A stretch of 62,403 nt of DNA, counting the filler, from Chiloscyllium plagiosum (lineage: Eukaryota): NCBI RefSeq assembly GCF_004010195.1. It is 3 parts of one record of this genome, joined end to end, with 100 filler letters (N's around TTAATTAATTAA, not from the genome) between each part and the next. Parts side by side here need not be neighbours in the genome. Positions count along the whole stretch, not along the records: positions 1 to 18,158 come from NC_057711.1; 2 more parts are not named here. One strand, written 5' to 3'. Shown piece by piece: positions 1 to 11,069 of this stretch; position 1 is the stretch's first letter, and every line of letters begins with the position of its first letter. The notes below the pieces were generated by a model. The model was not told the DNA's origin, did no database searches, and was given only the letters and a program-made list of their open reading frames with translations. The position numbers and the translations under genes are program-made.

Positions 1-449
1 CGAACTATCGAGTCCCCAATTAGTACTGCTCTGCTCTTCTTCACCCTTCCCTTCTGGGTAACGGGGACAGGCTCCGTGCCAGAGGCCTGAACCCCATTGC
101 TTACCCCTGGTAAGTCATCCCCCCCACAAGTATCCAAAACGGTATACTTGTTCTTGAGGGGAGTGGCCGCAGGGGGTCCCTGCACTGGCTGCTTCCTCCC
201 AGTCCCCCTCACTGTCACCCATCTATCTGCCATCTTTGGAGTTACTACTTCCCTATAATTCTGATCTATGACCCCCTCTGCCTCCCGAATGATCCGAAGT
301 TCATCCAACTCCAGCTCCAGTTCCCTAACACGGTCTTGGAGGAGCTGGAGGTGGGTGCACTTCCTGCAAGTGTAATCGGCAGGGACGTCGATGGCATCCC
401 TCACCTCATACATTTTGCAGGAGGAACATTGCACTGCCTTCACTGCCAT
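1..449 (-). CDS. CR1 ORF1p, N-terminal part (CxxC..CxxC zinc finger, leucine zipper, start of SGNH esterase); 3'-partial
   Basis: Manual translation from ATG at 449 is open to the window edge: MAVKAVQCSSCKMYEVRDAIDVPADYTCRKCTHLQLLQDRVRELELELDELRII...KSRAVLIGDSIVR (GDS block I). Confidence 0.85.
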   Translation of the reverse strand, partial: MAVKAVQCSSCKMYEVRDAIDVPADYTCRKCTHLQLLQDRVRELELELDELRIIREAEGVIDQNYREVVTPKMADRWVTVRGTGRKQPVQGPPAATPLKNKYTVLDTCGGDDLPGVSNGVQASGTEPVPVTQKGRVKKSRAVLIGDSIV

Positions 450-816
450 CCCTCTAAAGCTAACTTTTCTTTTCAAAAAACTGGGTCTAAAGAATACAAC
501 AAGCAAAATTCAGCACTTACCTAATTACCACAACAGATGTTATTATTAGGTTAGAGGAGGAGGGCGGGTGGGAGGCACTACCCTTGTAGTGCCTCGGGTT
601 CCTCTCCTTCGCGCTTTTAAAGGGGGAAAAAACCTACCCAGGTAAGCTTACACTAACTGCTTCCGGGTCTCGGCTGCCCCTCTGGTCGTCGTCACTTCCC
701 CCTGGTGCTCCCGCTCTTTCTGTGAAGAGAGAGTGAAAGAGACAAAAAACACCGCTGCCCGCTACCGGTAAGTACTTTTAAAACCAAACGGTCTTACCTT
801 CGCTGCTGCTCGCACT
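1..816 (-). mobile_element. CR1-clade LINE, 5' end (5' UTR plus start of ORF1), runs off the left edge of the window
   Basis: GC/CpG-rich 5' UTR beginning AGTGCGAGCAGCAGCG at 816, followed by an open ORF1. Closely similar to the copy at 50093-51086. Confidence 0.9.
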
Positions 817-3690
817 GGAAATACCAGTTTGTAAGGCACAACCTGCCCTTGACGAAACCATATTGATTATCTGAGATCAAATTGTTGCTTGCTCGATGAT
901 TATAAATCTTATCTCTTACAATCCTTTCCAAAACCTTTCCTACAACAGACCTAAGACTCACTGGTCTATAATTACCTGGGTCAACTCTACTGTCGTTCTT
1001 GAACAAGGGCACAACATTTGTAATCCTCCAGTCCTCTGGTACGAAACCTGTAGACTATGACAACTCAAATATCAAAGCCAAAGGCTCTGCTATCTCCTCC
1101 CTAGCTTCAAATAATTCCCATCCGGCCCTGGGAACTTGTCTACTTTCACTCCTTCTAGAATTGATAACACCTCTTCGTAACTAACCTCGATCCTTTCTAG
1201 TCTAATATCTCGTATCTCATTCTTCTTCTCTACAATATTCTCCTTTTCCTGAATGAAAACTGATGAGAAATGTTAATTTAGCACCTCTCCGATCTCCACA
1301 GGGTAAAAACTCAACTTCCCACTTCTGTCTTTGACTGGTCCTATTCGTACCCTAGTCATCCTTTTATTGCTCACATACCTATAGAAAGCTTTAGGGTTCT
1401 CCTTTGTTCTTTTTGCTAAATACTGCTCGTGTTCTCTCTTTGCTCTTCTTAACTCTCTCTTTAATTCCTTCCTAGCTGATCTGTAACTCTCCATCGCCTC
1501 ATCTGAACCATCTTGCCTCATCAACACATAAGCCTCCTTCTTCTTCGTAACAAGTGATGCAATTTCTGTAGTAAACCACAGTTCCCTTACCTTATCACTT
1601 CCTCCCTGCCTGACAGGGACATACGTATCAAGGACACACAATATCTGTTCCTTAAACCAGCTCCACATTTCCATTGTCTGCATCCCCTGCATTTTGCTAC
1701 TCCATTCTATGCATCCTAATTCTTACCTAATCGCATTATAATTGCCCTTGCCTCATCGATAATTCTTGACCTGTGGCATGTACCTATCCCTTTCCATTGC
1801 TAAACTAAATATAACTGAATTACGGTCACTCTCCTACAACTAAACCAAATTACCAAGCACCAAATCCAATGTGGCCTTCCCTCTTGTTGGCCCTTCAACA
1901 TACTGTGTCAGGAAATCCTCTTGTACACATTGGACAAAAACTGATCCATCCGACGTACTAGAGCTATAGCATTTCCAATCAATGTTGAGGGAGCTAAAAT
2001 CCCCCATATGGACCATCCTTTAAGTTTCACTCCTACTCAGAATAATTTTGCCAATCTTCTCTTCTACCTCCCTGGAACTCTAAGGAGGCCTATAAAAAAC
2101 TCCAAGCAATGTGACCTCTCCTGTTTCTAACCTCAGCCCACACCTCAGTAGACAAGTCCTCATCAAAAGTTCTTTCAGCCACCGTTAGACTATCCTTGAC
2201 TACCAAGGCCACACCTCCCCCTTTTGTACTGCCTTGCCTGTTTTTAGTGAAAGATCTAAACCCTGGAACCTGCAACATCTATTCCTCACCATGCTCTATC
2301 CATATTTCCGAAATGGCCACACCATTGAAATCCCAGATATCCATCCATGCTGCAAGCTCACCTACCATATTTCGGATACTTCTGGTGTTGAAGTAAACAC
2401 ACTTCAAACCAGCTTGCTGTCTGCCAGCACATTCCTGTGACCGTGAAATCCTGTCCCTGTCCTCCCTACTGTCATCCTCCTGTGCACTGCAACTACACCT
2501 CAGGTTCCCATCCCCCTGCTGAGCTAGTGGTAAACCCACCCAAATAGCACCAGCAAATTGCCCACCCAGGATATTAGTACCCCTCTGGTTCAAGTGAAGA
2601 CCGCCCTGTTTGTACAAGTCCCACCTTTCCCAGAATAAGCTCCAATTATCCAAGAACCTGAAACCCTCCCTCCTGCACCATCCTTGCAGCCACGTGTTCA
2701 GCTGATATCTCTCCCCATTCCTTGTCTCGCGATCACGTGGCACGGGTAACAAACCAGAGATAACAACTCTGTTTGTTCTAGCTCTCAGCTTCCACTCGAG
2801 CTCCCTGAAATCCTGCCTTACATCCCTATCCCTCTTTCTACCTATGTCGTTGGTACCTATGTGGACCATGACTTGAGGCTGGTCACCCGCTCCCTTCAGG
2901 ACCCCAAAGATACGAGCTGAGACATCATGGACCTTGGCACCTGGGAGGCAACACACCCACCGTGAGTCTTGTTCGTTGCCAACAAACCTTCCATCCGATC
3001 CTCTAACTATTGAGTTCCCAATGATTTACAATCTCCTCCTTTCCCTCCTTCCCTTCTTTGTAACAGGGACAGGCTCTGTGCCAGAGACCTGGGCCCCAAT
3101 GCATACTCCTGGTAAGTCGTCCCCATCAACAGTATCCAAAACGGTATACATGTTTTTCAGGAGAACAACCACAGGGGATCCCTCCACTGATTGTTTCTCC
3201 CCCTTCGAACAGTCGCCCAGCTTTCTTTGTGCCTAGGAGTAACTACTTCCCTGTAACTCTTATCTATCACAGCCTCTGCCTCCTGAATGATCCGAAGTCC
3301 ATCCAGCTCCCGCTCCAGTTCTCGAACACGGTCTTGGAGGAGCGAGAGTTGGGTGCACTTCCTGCAGATGTACTTGGATGGAACACTAATGGCGACCCTC
3401 ATCTCAAACACCATGCAGGAGGAACATTCCTCTCCTTGCACTGCCATCCTCTTATCAGAAAGTAAAAAAGAAGAAACGCTTACTTGATGTGTCTCTGGTC
3501 TTTAAAGTTAGAGGAGGTGGTTGGGTGGGAGGCCCTACAAAAGTAGAGTCTCAGGTTTAGAAAACACTGATTTATATAGCTAGGTGGAAATTTTAAAAAT
3601 ATCCCTCCTTTCCCAGAAACGTCTGCTCTCTGATTTCAAATATAAATGCTCAAATCAGTGACTCACTGCTCCTGGCAGGCCCCTGGTCTA
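817..3690 (-). mobile_element. Degenerate CR1 LINE (5' UTR, ORF1 zinc finger + SGNH esterase, ORF2 endonuclease and start of RT), cut off at the younger CR1
   Basis: ORF fragments: 3157-3447 (CSSC..CRKC), 2279-2956 (HIGTND, GLHLN), 2090-2278 (GGGVALVVK, APE), 1273-1692 (KENPKAFYRYV), 794-1012 (PGNYRPVSL, QYGFVKGRLCLTN). Frameshifted. Confidence 0.9.
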
Positions 3691-6429
3691 AGTTCCCGTC
3701 CTTCAAGCTGCTGCTGCTGCTGAAAAATAGAAGTGGGCAATAAATGCTGGCCCAACCAGTAATGTTCACATCCTATGAATGAATTTTTAAAAAAAGCATG
3801 GTTTATTGTCAATGTGGAGGCAATCTCCTTCTTCTTCAGTTCACTGACACAAGGCAAATTCGCAGTAACATGATGTTCAACAAGGGTGGGGCAAGGAGGT
3901 AAGTGATGAATCCACCCAGGCAGCCAGAACAAGGGTTGGAACTCATGCTGTTGTCACTAATCAGATCCACATCAGTCATCTGTGCCAAACAACCCTCCTT
4001 CAAGGAATCTCAGTTGCTGTGGCATCGTACAGTTTCACATGCATGCCAAAGTTTGCAGCTGAGGATAATAATGGTTGAGGGTCTAAGTTATTTCTATCAC
4101 ATGGCTGACTAAGAATTTCATCCTATTCTTAGCACCCACCATTGGTATATGTTGGAAGGAATTACATGGGTTTGAATTTCTGCCTGTTAACTGTCAGCCA
4201 AAGGAAAGTATAGCCCAATATTTTTTTTAAGGAAATGCTTACTGAAATATTATGCTTTTCAAACACTTTGAGATTAAAGAGTAAGAAAGTCCAAGACTGT
4301 GAAGGCAGCTGCTCTTTTCCTATTAGAGTGAGCATGGATAGTTAGAAATAGATACGGTCGTCTATGGCATGTTTGAAACTGTGTGTACTTTTTACAGACA
4401 CTTGCCTACAGCAAAATGTCTGCTTTTGATCAGCGGTGTCAGAAACTGCCTTTTCAGGTGTGTTCATAGCTGTTTTTCAACACTAGTTTCAACTGGGTAG
4501 TTTTAGGTCACAGCATTGAATGGAACAAATGTCCTAAGTTCTCATACCATAATACACAAAGTCTTCACGAAAGGAATCTAAGAAACAACTTTGAAGCATT
4601 TTTATATTTTTAATATGTGACTTAAAGTATCACGCAATGTTGAGAAATGTAATGCTCTTAATGAGCTATTTTTCTTTCAGAGGATTTGATTTGAAGAACA
4701 GGCTAAACAAGTCATTCTGTGCTCAAGCTCTGCAGTGATTACGTGAGTTTCCACTAACAGATTGCTATCATCAGTCTAACTAGATGTTCTGCCTACCATA
4801 CAATTAACTAACATTGTGTACGAATTTCAGTGTCATTACAATGTCAGGTATGCAAGCTGTACATTCCAACAACTGGCTGATTGAGTCAAGCAGCATGTTC
4901 GTACAGTTGTTAATACTAAGCAGAGTATACATTATACCCAACCAGCCTGCATTTGGAAACCCAAAGCAAAATGTCAGCTATTAGTTATGATTTTGTGATT
5001 GTGCAGTACTTGTTGAAACATCCTGACTGTGCCAGTAGTTACATTAACAACTACTTTAAGATAATCATCCAAACTCATCATATGGTTCATTTGCACGAGT
5101 TGGAAGCAACACACATCATAACTTCCTCTTCTGTCAATAAAACTAGTATGATCAAGCCTTGGACCTTCTTTTAATCAGTTGGAAGCTTAGGGATCCTATA
5201 GTTACCCTTTTCTTTTCTCTTGACCATGCCTCAGCCAATCAGAGTTGAATTGCCAACCAATCAGCACTCTAGTTTCCTTTTTAAAAATGGTAGTGATTGC
5301 ATGAAATTTGATGTTCTTGTGTTTGTCCTGATGGATGCAAGATGAAGGGATTTTGGCAACATGATTCTCTTTTCAGCATTACTGTCTCAAACACACAGCT
5401 CAATAATTTCTGCTAAATCTTTTCCACTCTACTACTACAATGTTGCCAGAAGTGCACAGAACTTTTATGTGCATACTTGAAGTTTCCACCAAATGTTTTC
5501 AGATGAAATTATTGCCACATATGAAGATGACCTCTGAAGAAATTTTAGCATGCTATTTAAAAATATATAAAATGAACATTGATGCATAATGCTATTATGT
5601 CCACCTTTATGGTGCATTATATGTCAAAAGCCAATTGTTAGACCTGTAACAGGCGAAAGATTCAATCTACACAAATAACATATATGTGAAACAATATGTG
5701 TTGCAAAAAATGAAACAAAGCACCAATACAAATATCACAATCAACAACATTATTTTAATTTTTAATAATTAGGGCCTAGAATTCTGTGATAGGAGATCCT
5801 GACCAAAGAAAATAACCAGTGTGACAATGTGGGTAACAAAAAAATTACAACAGACCAAGGAGAAGCTATAAAGTCTATTGGATACTATTTTAAATAATTT
5901 GGGAAGGTAAGTATTTATGGAGTTTCAAACTATCTGAGGATATGTTGGCTGAGAAAAATATATCATGCCAGTAATGAATCAATGACTCCAACTGCTTTGT
6001 TTGGGGCAGCAAAAATATATTTTTACTATTGCTAGTTCTTCAGATGCACAATGAGATGACTTAAATGTACCAAGTATATCTGTATTGAAGAGGTGACAAA
6101 TGAAATGATCAGGAAGTCCTGCAAATGTATTCACATTTGAAATGTATAAAGGAAGAAGAACATCAACAAGAACTTATTGTTATATGGGATTGTTATTATA
6201 TTTTTTTTAACATAATATGACATATAATACTGCCTAGAGTGAATTATCCAAAATGTGATCAAAGCAGTAGGTTTAGGGCGCATCAGAAAGGAAGAAGATA
6301 GAGAGGCAGAAAGTTTTGGGAAGGAATCTAATGCTTAGGGCCTCAGCAACTGAACACAAAATCACCTGTAGTGGAGTGAATAAAATCAGGAATATCGGAG
6401 AGATCAAAATTAGATGCAAGTATCATTTT

Positions 6430-6830
6430 TTAAAAGATGCTTCATGGGATGAGGAGACCATTGACAAGGCCCGAATTTATTGCTTATCCATAACTGTCCT
6501 TGAGAAAACAATTCTGTGTTGCCTTCTTGAACCATTTAGTGCCAGGAACACTATATGGGTTAGTGTTCAGGATTTGCATCTAGTCACAGTGAAGAAATTG
6601 GAATATTGTGTGGCTTGGAATGGAGCTTGCACATGGTGCTGTTCTCATACATTTACTGCTGTTGTGGTTCTGAGTGGTAGAGATCTTAATTTTGGAAGGT
6701 GCAGTCAAAAGAGCTTGTGAGTTTCTGCAGCAAATCTTACGGATGGTGTACATTTCTACCACTGAGTGCTTGGTGTGCCATATTGTGGTGCATGTGGTGG
6801 CATGAATGAGTGTTGTTAAAGCTGCACTCA
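6430..6830 (-). mobile_element. Old LINE 3'-end fragment (CR1/L2 group) whose tail resembles the DeuSINE tail
   Basis: Similar to 51495-51650 and 57255-57520/58550-59100 (…atttattgc…atccntaa…cttgagaa…). Confidence 0.55.
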
Positions 6831-6849
6831 TTTCCTGGCTATGGAAATG

Positions 6850-7905
6850 AGTTTGGCTGGCTGACAGCAGGCAGAGAGTGGTTGTAGATGGAAAGTATTG
6901 TGCCTGGAGGACAGTGTTGAGTGGGGTCCTGCAGGGCTCTGTACTTGGGCCTCTGCTCTTTGTAGCTTTTATAAATGACTTGAATGAGGAGGTTGAGGGA
7001 TGGGTTAGTAAAGGTTGGAGGTGTCGTCGATAGTATAGAGGGCTACTGCAGACTGCAGTGCGACATAGACAGGTTGCAGAGCTGGGCTGAAAAATGGCAG
7101 ATGGAGTTCAACCTGGATAAATGCAAAGTGATGCATTTGGAAGGCCGAACTCGAATGCTGAATATAGGATTAAAGACAGGATTCTTGGCAGTTTGGAGAA
7201 TAAGAGGGATCTGGGTGTGCAAGTACATAGAGCCCTCAAAGTTGCCACCCAAGTGGATAGGATTGTTAAGAAAGCATATATGTTTTGACTTTCATCAACA
7301 GGGGGATAGAATTTAAGAGCTGTGAGGTTTTGTTGGAGCTCTCCAAGTCCCTGGTGAGGCCACACTTAGAATATTGTGTCCAGTTCTGGTCGCCCTACTA
7401 TAGGAAAGATACAGAGGCTTTGGAGAGGGTGCAAAGAAGGTTTACCAGGATGCTGCCTGGACTGGAGGGCTTGCCTTATGAAGAAAGGTTGAATAGGCTC
7501 AGACTTTCTCTCTGGAGAGAAGGAGGAAGAGAGGAGACCTGATAGAGGGGTACAAAATAATGAGAGGAATAGATAGAGTCAATAGCCAGAGACTTTTCCC
7601 CAGGGCAGGCTTTACTGATACGAGCAGTCATACTTTGAAGATATTAGGAGGAAGGTATAAGGAAGATACCAGAGGTAGGTTTTTACACAGAGAGTTGTGA
7701 ATGCATGGAATGTGTTACCAGCGGTGGTGGTGGAAGCAGAGTCATTGGGGACATTTAAGCGACTGCTGGACATGCACATGGATAACAGTAAGTTGAGAGG
7801 TGCATATGTTGTTACTATATTTTACATTAGGATTAAATCTCGGCACAACATCGTGGGCCAAAGGGCCTGTTATGTGCTGTACCTTTCTATGTTCTATGTT
7901 CTATG
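6850..7905 (+). mobile_element. CR1 LINE 3' fragment (RT C-terminus plus 3' tail)
   Basis: LQCDIDRLQSWAEKWQMEFNLDKCKVMH; LVRPHLEYCVQFWSP..LERVQRRFTRM; ends in a (TTCTATG)3 tail. Confidence 0.92.
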
Positions 7906-8210
7906 ACTTGAAAGTTCAGAAGGCACTAGGCAAGTTGTGTCCCACCAACTTGGGAGATGATGGAGACTTTAAAGGAAGATGGCGTGATCAAAAGTGTCAA
8001 AGACTGTACACAGGTTGAAAGATTAAGGAGATTTACCTTTATCTCAGTCCTATGAAGAGTTATTTGTGATTTGGTACTGTATCAGGCATACGAACTTGAT
8101 TAGAGAGATCCAAGCATAGACCTCTGGGAAACGTTGATGTTGATTTGGGAGGCGAGAATATCTCGCGTAGAAAGAGAGATTGGATATGGATTAATAGTTT
8201 GCAAGGATGG

Positions 8211-8710
8211 NNNNNNNNNNNNNNNNNNNNNNNNNNNNNNNNNNNNNNNNNNNNNNNNNNNNNNNNNNNNNNNNNNNNNNNNNNNNNNNNNNNNNNNNNN
8301 NNNNNNNNNNNNNNNNNNNNNNNNNNNNNNNNNNNNNNNNNNNNNNNNNNNNNNNNNNNNNNNNNNNNNNNNNNNNNNNNNNNNNNNNNNNNNNNNNNNN
8401 NNNNNNNNNNNNNNNNNNNNNNNNNNNNNNNNNNNNNNNNNNNNNNNNNNNNNNNNNNNNNNNNNNNNNNNNNNNNNNNNNNNNNNNNNNNNNNNNNNNN
8501 NNNNNNNNNNNNNNNNNNNNNNNNNNNNNNNNNNNNNNNNNNNNNNNNNNNNNNNNNNNNNNNNNNNNNNNNNNNNNNNNNNNNNNNNNNNNNNNNNNNN
8601 NNNNNNNNNNNNNNNNNNNNNNNNNNNNNNNNNNNNNNNNNNNNNNNNNNNNNNNNNNNNNNNNNNNNNNNNNNNNNNNNNNNNNNNNNNNNNNNNNNNN
8701 NNNNNNNNNN
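8211..8710. other. Assembly gap (500 N)
   Basis: Run of exactly 500 N. Confidence 0.99.
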
Positions 8711-9939
8711 AAGCAATTTGCCCTTATTTACTCTAGCATGACCATTCGTGACTTTCCTGAAGTATCTTCTTAATTTTTTCTGCCCAAGAAACAATCTCAG
8801 CTTCTTTTATTTAATAGTACAACAAAAGCAATGCTTCAAAAGCACTTCATTGAAATGGCACAAGCTAATGGACATTATTTTTGTCTGTTTCTAGCTGCAG
8901 CCAGCTACATTGCAGTGCTGACTGACTGTCAAATGGCTATTTGGCACAAGATTGCAACTGGAAAGCAAAAAGGAGTCAAAGCTTTTGGGATGTGATTAGT
9001 AGGGTCAGTGGTGGAGGAGAAAATGGCCTTAGAGGGATATCAGAACGCTCAGGGCTAAAATTGGTCAGAGGGTCCTTGGGGAGGTAAGGGATTGTGGATG
9101 TTGAAAGTTTGGGGCAAGAACAGAAGGGTGTTAGGAGATCATAAATGTAATGGGAGGTCAGAAAGGTCAGCACTGGAGTCAAATGTACGGATCAAGGCAA
9201 TGGAGAATAGAGACAAGTTGCAGCAATAGTCACAACTTACTGATGCAAAACTATATAAAGTATTTAAACTTAGCAAGTTGAAAATAATCCTCTCTACTGT
9301 TCAGCAATAAATCAATTGGATGTGGACATTAATTAAATAGCCAACAAAAAATAAGTCAAAAATCATTTAATACAAGTTAGAAATTGTAAGTATCATTCCT
9401 ATCATCAGTTGATTGATCTGTAAAGTTCACATATAGGTCTTATAATTGGGCAGTTCAAATATTCACCTGAGGACATTCAATGAATGCAAGGTTAAACTGT
9501 TTGTCCCTTTGAAGACTGTAGTGTTGTTTTGACAGCAAACAAAACACATTCAATCACATACATATTATCTTGCTAGCTGATGGTATCTAGAGTGTAGTAT
9601 TGGCTCAATATGGATTTAATACTTTCTTTTTGGCACATGGTTTTCTTCATTTTTCATATTTATTCTTGTTACTTGTTCAGATCTATTTTCATCTGCTGTA
9701 CTTTCACTTTGAGCTAATCAATGAAGTAATATATAATGAAAAGTTCACACTTTGTATTATGGGGAAAGATTTCTTTGAGGTTTTCTCAATTGCCTGTTGT
9801 AAATTAGACAGAAATCCTGGCGAAATAGTGTAAATTGATATTTTTATTAATTTCCACTATTTCTCCAAGGGATTCAACAGTGAGGGATAGGGGATCAATA
9901 TTTTACCTCTCTAGTTGTCAACATTACAGCAGATTCTCA

Positions 9940-10120
9940 GGACAAACCCAGGAAAATTGGTGGAATTTGAATTCAATAAAAATCTGGAATAAAAGCTTGC
10001 CGAACATAACCTTTGTAAATTGCCAAAAAAATGTTTGACAAGGAAATCCGCCATTCTTATCTCGTCTGGCCTATATGTGATTCTGGACTCATGGCAATAT
10101 GGTGGACTCTTAACTGCATC
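9940..10120 (+). mobile_element. DeuSINE (SacSINE1-like) fragment
   Basis: GAATTTGAATTCAATAAAAATCTGGAAT…TCTGGCCTATATGTGA…GACTCTTAACTGC, shared with the copies at 40503, 46365 and 60840. Confidence 0.65.
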
Positions 10121-10469
10121 TGCTCTTATCACAGAGATGACACTTCCTGTTGGAGTGAACATTGCTTTTGTACTAAACTTTTCTTGCATCCTTCCACCCA
10201 CTGACATTTTACACAGAAATCAGTAAACTGCCCAATGAAGAAATAAAGCTTTTTTTGGAAGGGCTACACTATTATTGCTCTCTCAGGGGAAAGCCGTTTC
10301 TGGGTGATAGTGTTCATGAGGACGTAGAGAATCAGGTTGGCAGTCATATATTCTATATCTCATTTAGTCAGGTGCAGGGGTTACAAGTGGCGTGAAGAGA
10401 GATTAGTTAGTTAACATGAAGCAGAACATAGGGATAAATGGGCAGCACGGTGGTTGAGTGGTTAATGCT

Positions 10470-10701
10470 GTTAAGTAAAAACAAGGGCTGCAGATGCTGG
10501 AAACCAGATTCTAGATTAGAGTGGTACTGGAAAAGCACAGCAGTTCAGGCAGCATCCGAGGAGCAGGAAAATTGTCATTTTGGGCAAAAGCCCTTCATCA
10601 GGAATACAGGCAGAGTGCCTGCAGGGTGATCATCTCTCTCATCTCTCCACCCTGCAGGCACTCTGCCTCTATTCCTGATGAAGGGCTTTTGCCCGAAACG
10701 T
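10470..10701. mobile_element. Short palindromic Penelope-like insertion (family A) with an 11-bp TSD
   Basis: TSD TGGTTAATGCT at 10459-10469 and 10702-10712. 53-bp inverted arms at 10576-10628 and 10648-10700. Confidence 0.85.
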
Positions 10702-10703
10702 TG
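10671..10703 (+). ncRNA. Minimal hammerhead ribozyme motif (PLE family A)
   Basis: ATTC-CTGATGA-A-GGGC-TTTT-GCCC-GAA-ACGT-T. Core is intact; the 3' strand of stem I is cut by the insertion boundary. Confidence 0.65.
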
Positions 10704-11069
10704 GTTAATGCTACTGCCTCACATTGCCAGGGGACAGTGTTTCATTTGGTGACTTTCTGTGTAGAGTTTGCAAGTCCTCTCTGTGTCTGCATAGGTTTAT
10801 GCCAGATGCTCTGATTTCCTCCCACAGTCCAAAGATGTGCAGGTAAGGCGGATTGGCCAGGTTAAATTGCCCTACAGTGTCCAGGGGTGTGAGGGATAGA
10901 TGGATTAGCCATGGTAAATGCAAAGTTATGGGGATAGGGTGGAGTGCTGTGTCTAGGTCAGATGCTTTTCGAAGGGTCGATGTAGTCTTGATGGGCTGAA
11001 TGGCCTCTTTCTGCACTCTAGGGATTCTATGTTTTTAAGTGATTCATCGTTAGGCTGGAAAACTGGAAG

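Larger units (their letters stand above)
10439..11030 (+). mobile_element. HE1-like V-SINE, interrupted by a PLE insertion
   Basis: tRNA-like head GGGCAGCACGGTGG…, V-domain TTTCCTCCCACAGTCCAAAGATGTGCAGGT, CR1-type 3' tail. Confidence 0.85.

Noticed and set aside
549..610. CR1 5'-UTR motif as an HDV-like ribozyme (CCTCCTC resembles L3)
   Set aside because: I could not build the P1/P2/P3 nested pseudoknot. It is kept only as a conserved hairpin.
4681..4742. Exon-like segment (TTTCTTTCAG … AC|GTGAGT)
   Set aside because: Stops in all three frames and no ADGRV1 similarity. At most a pseudo-exon.
8060..8794. Long ORFs spanning N runs (also 25933-26962, 17900-18214)
   Set aside because: Open only because N translates as X.
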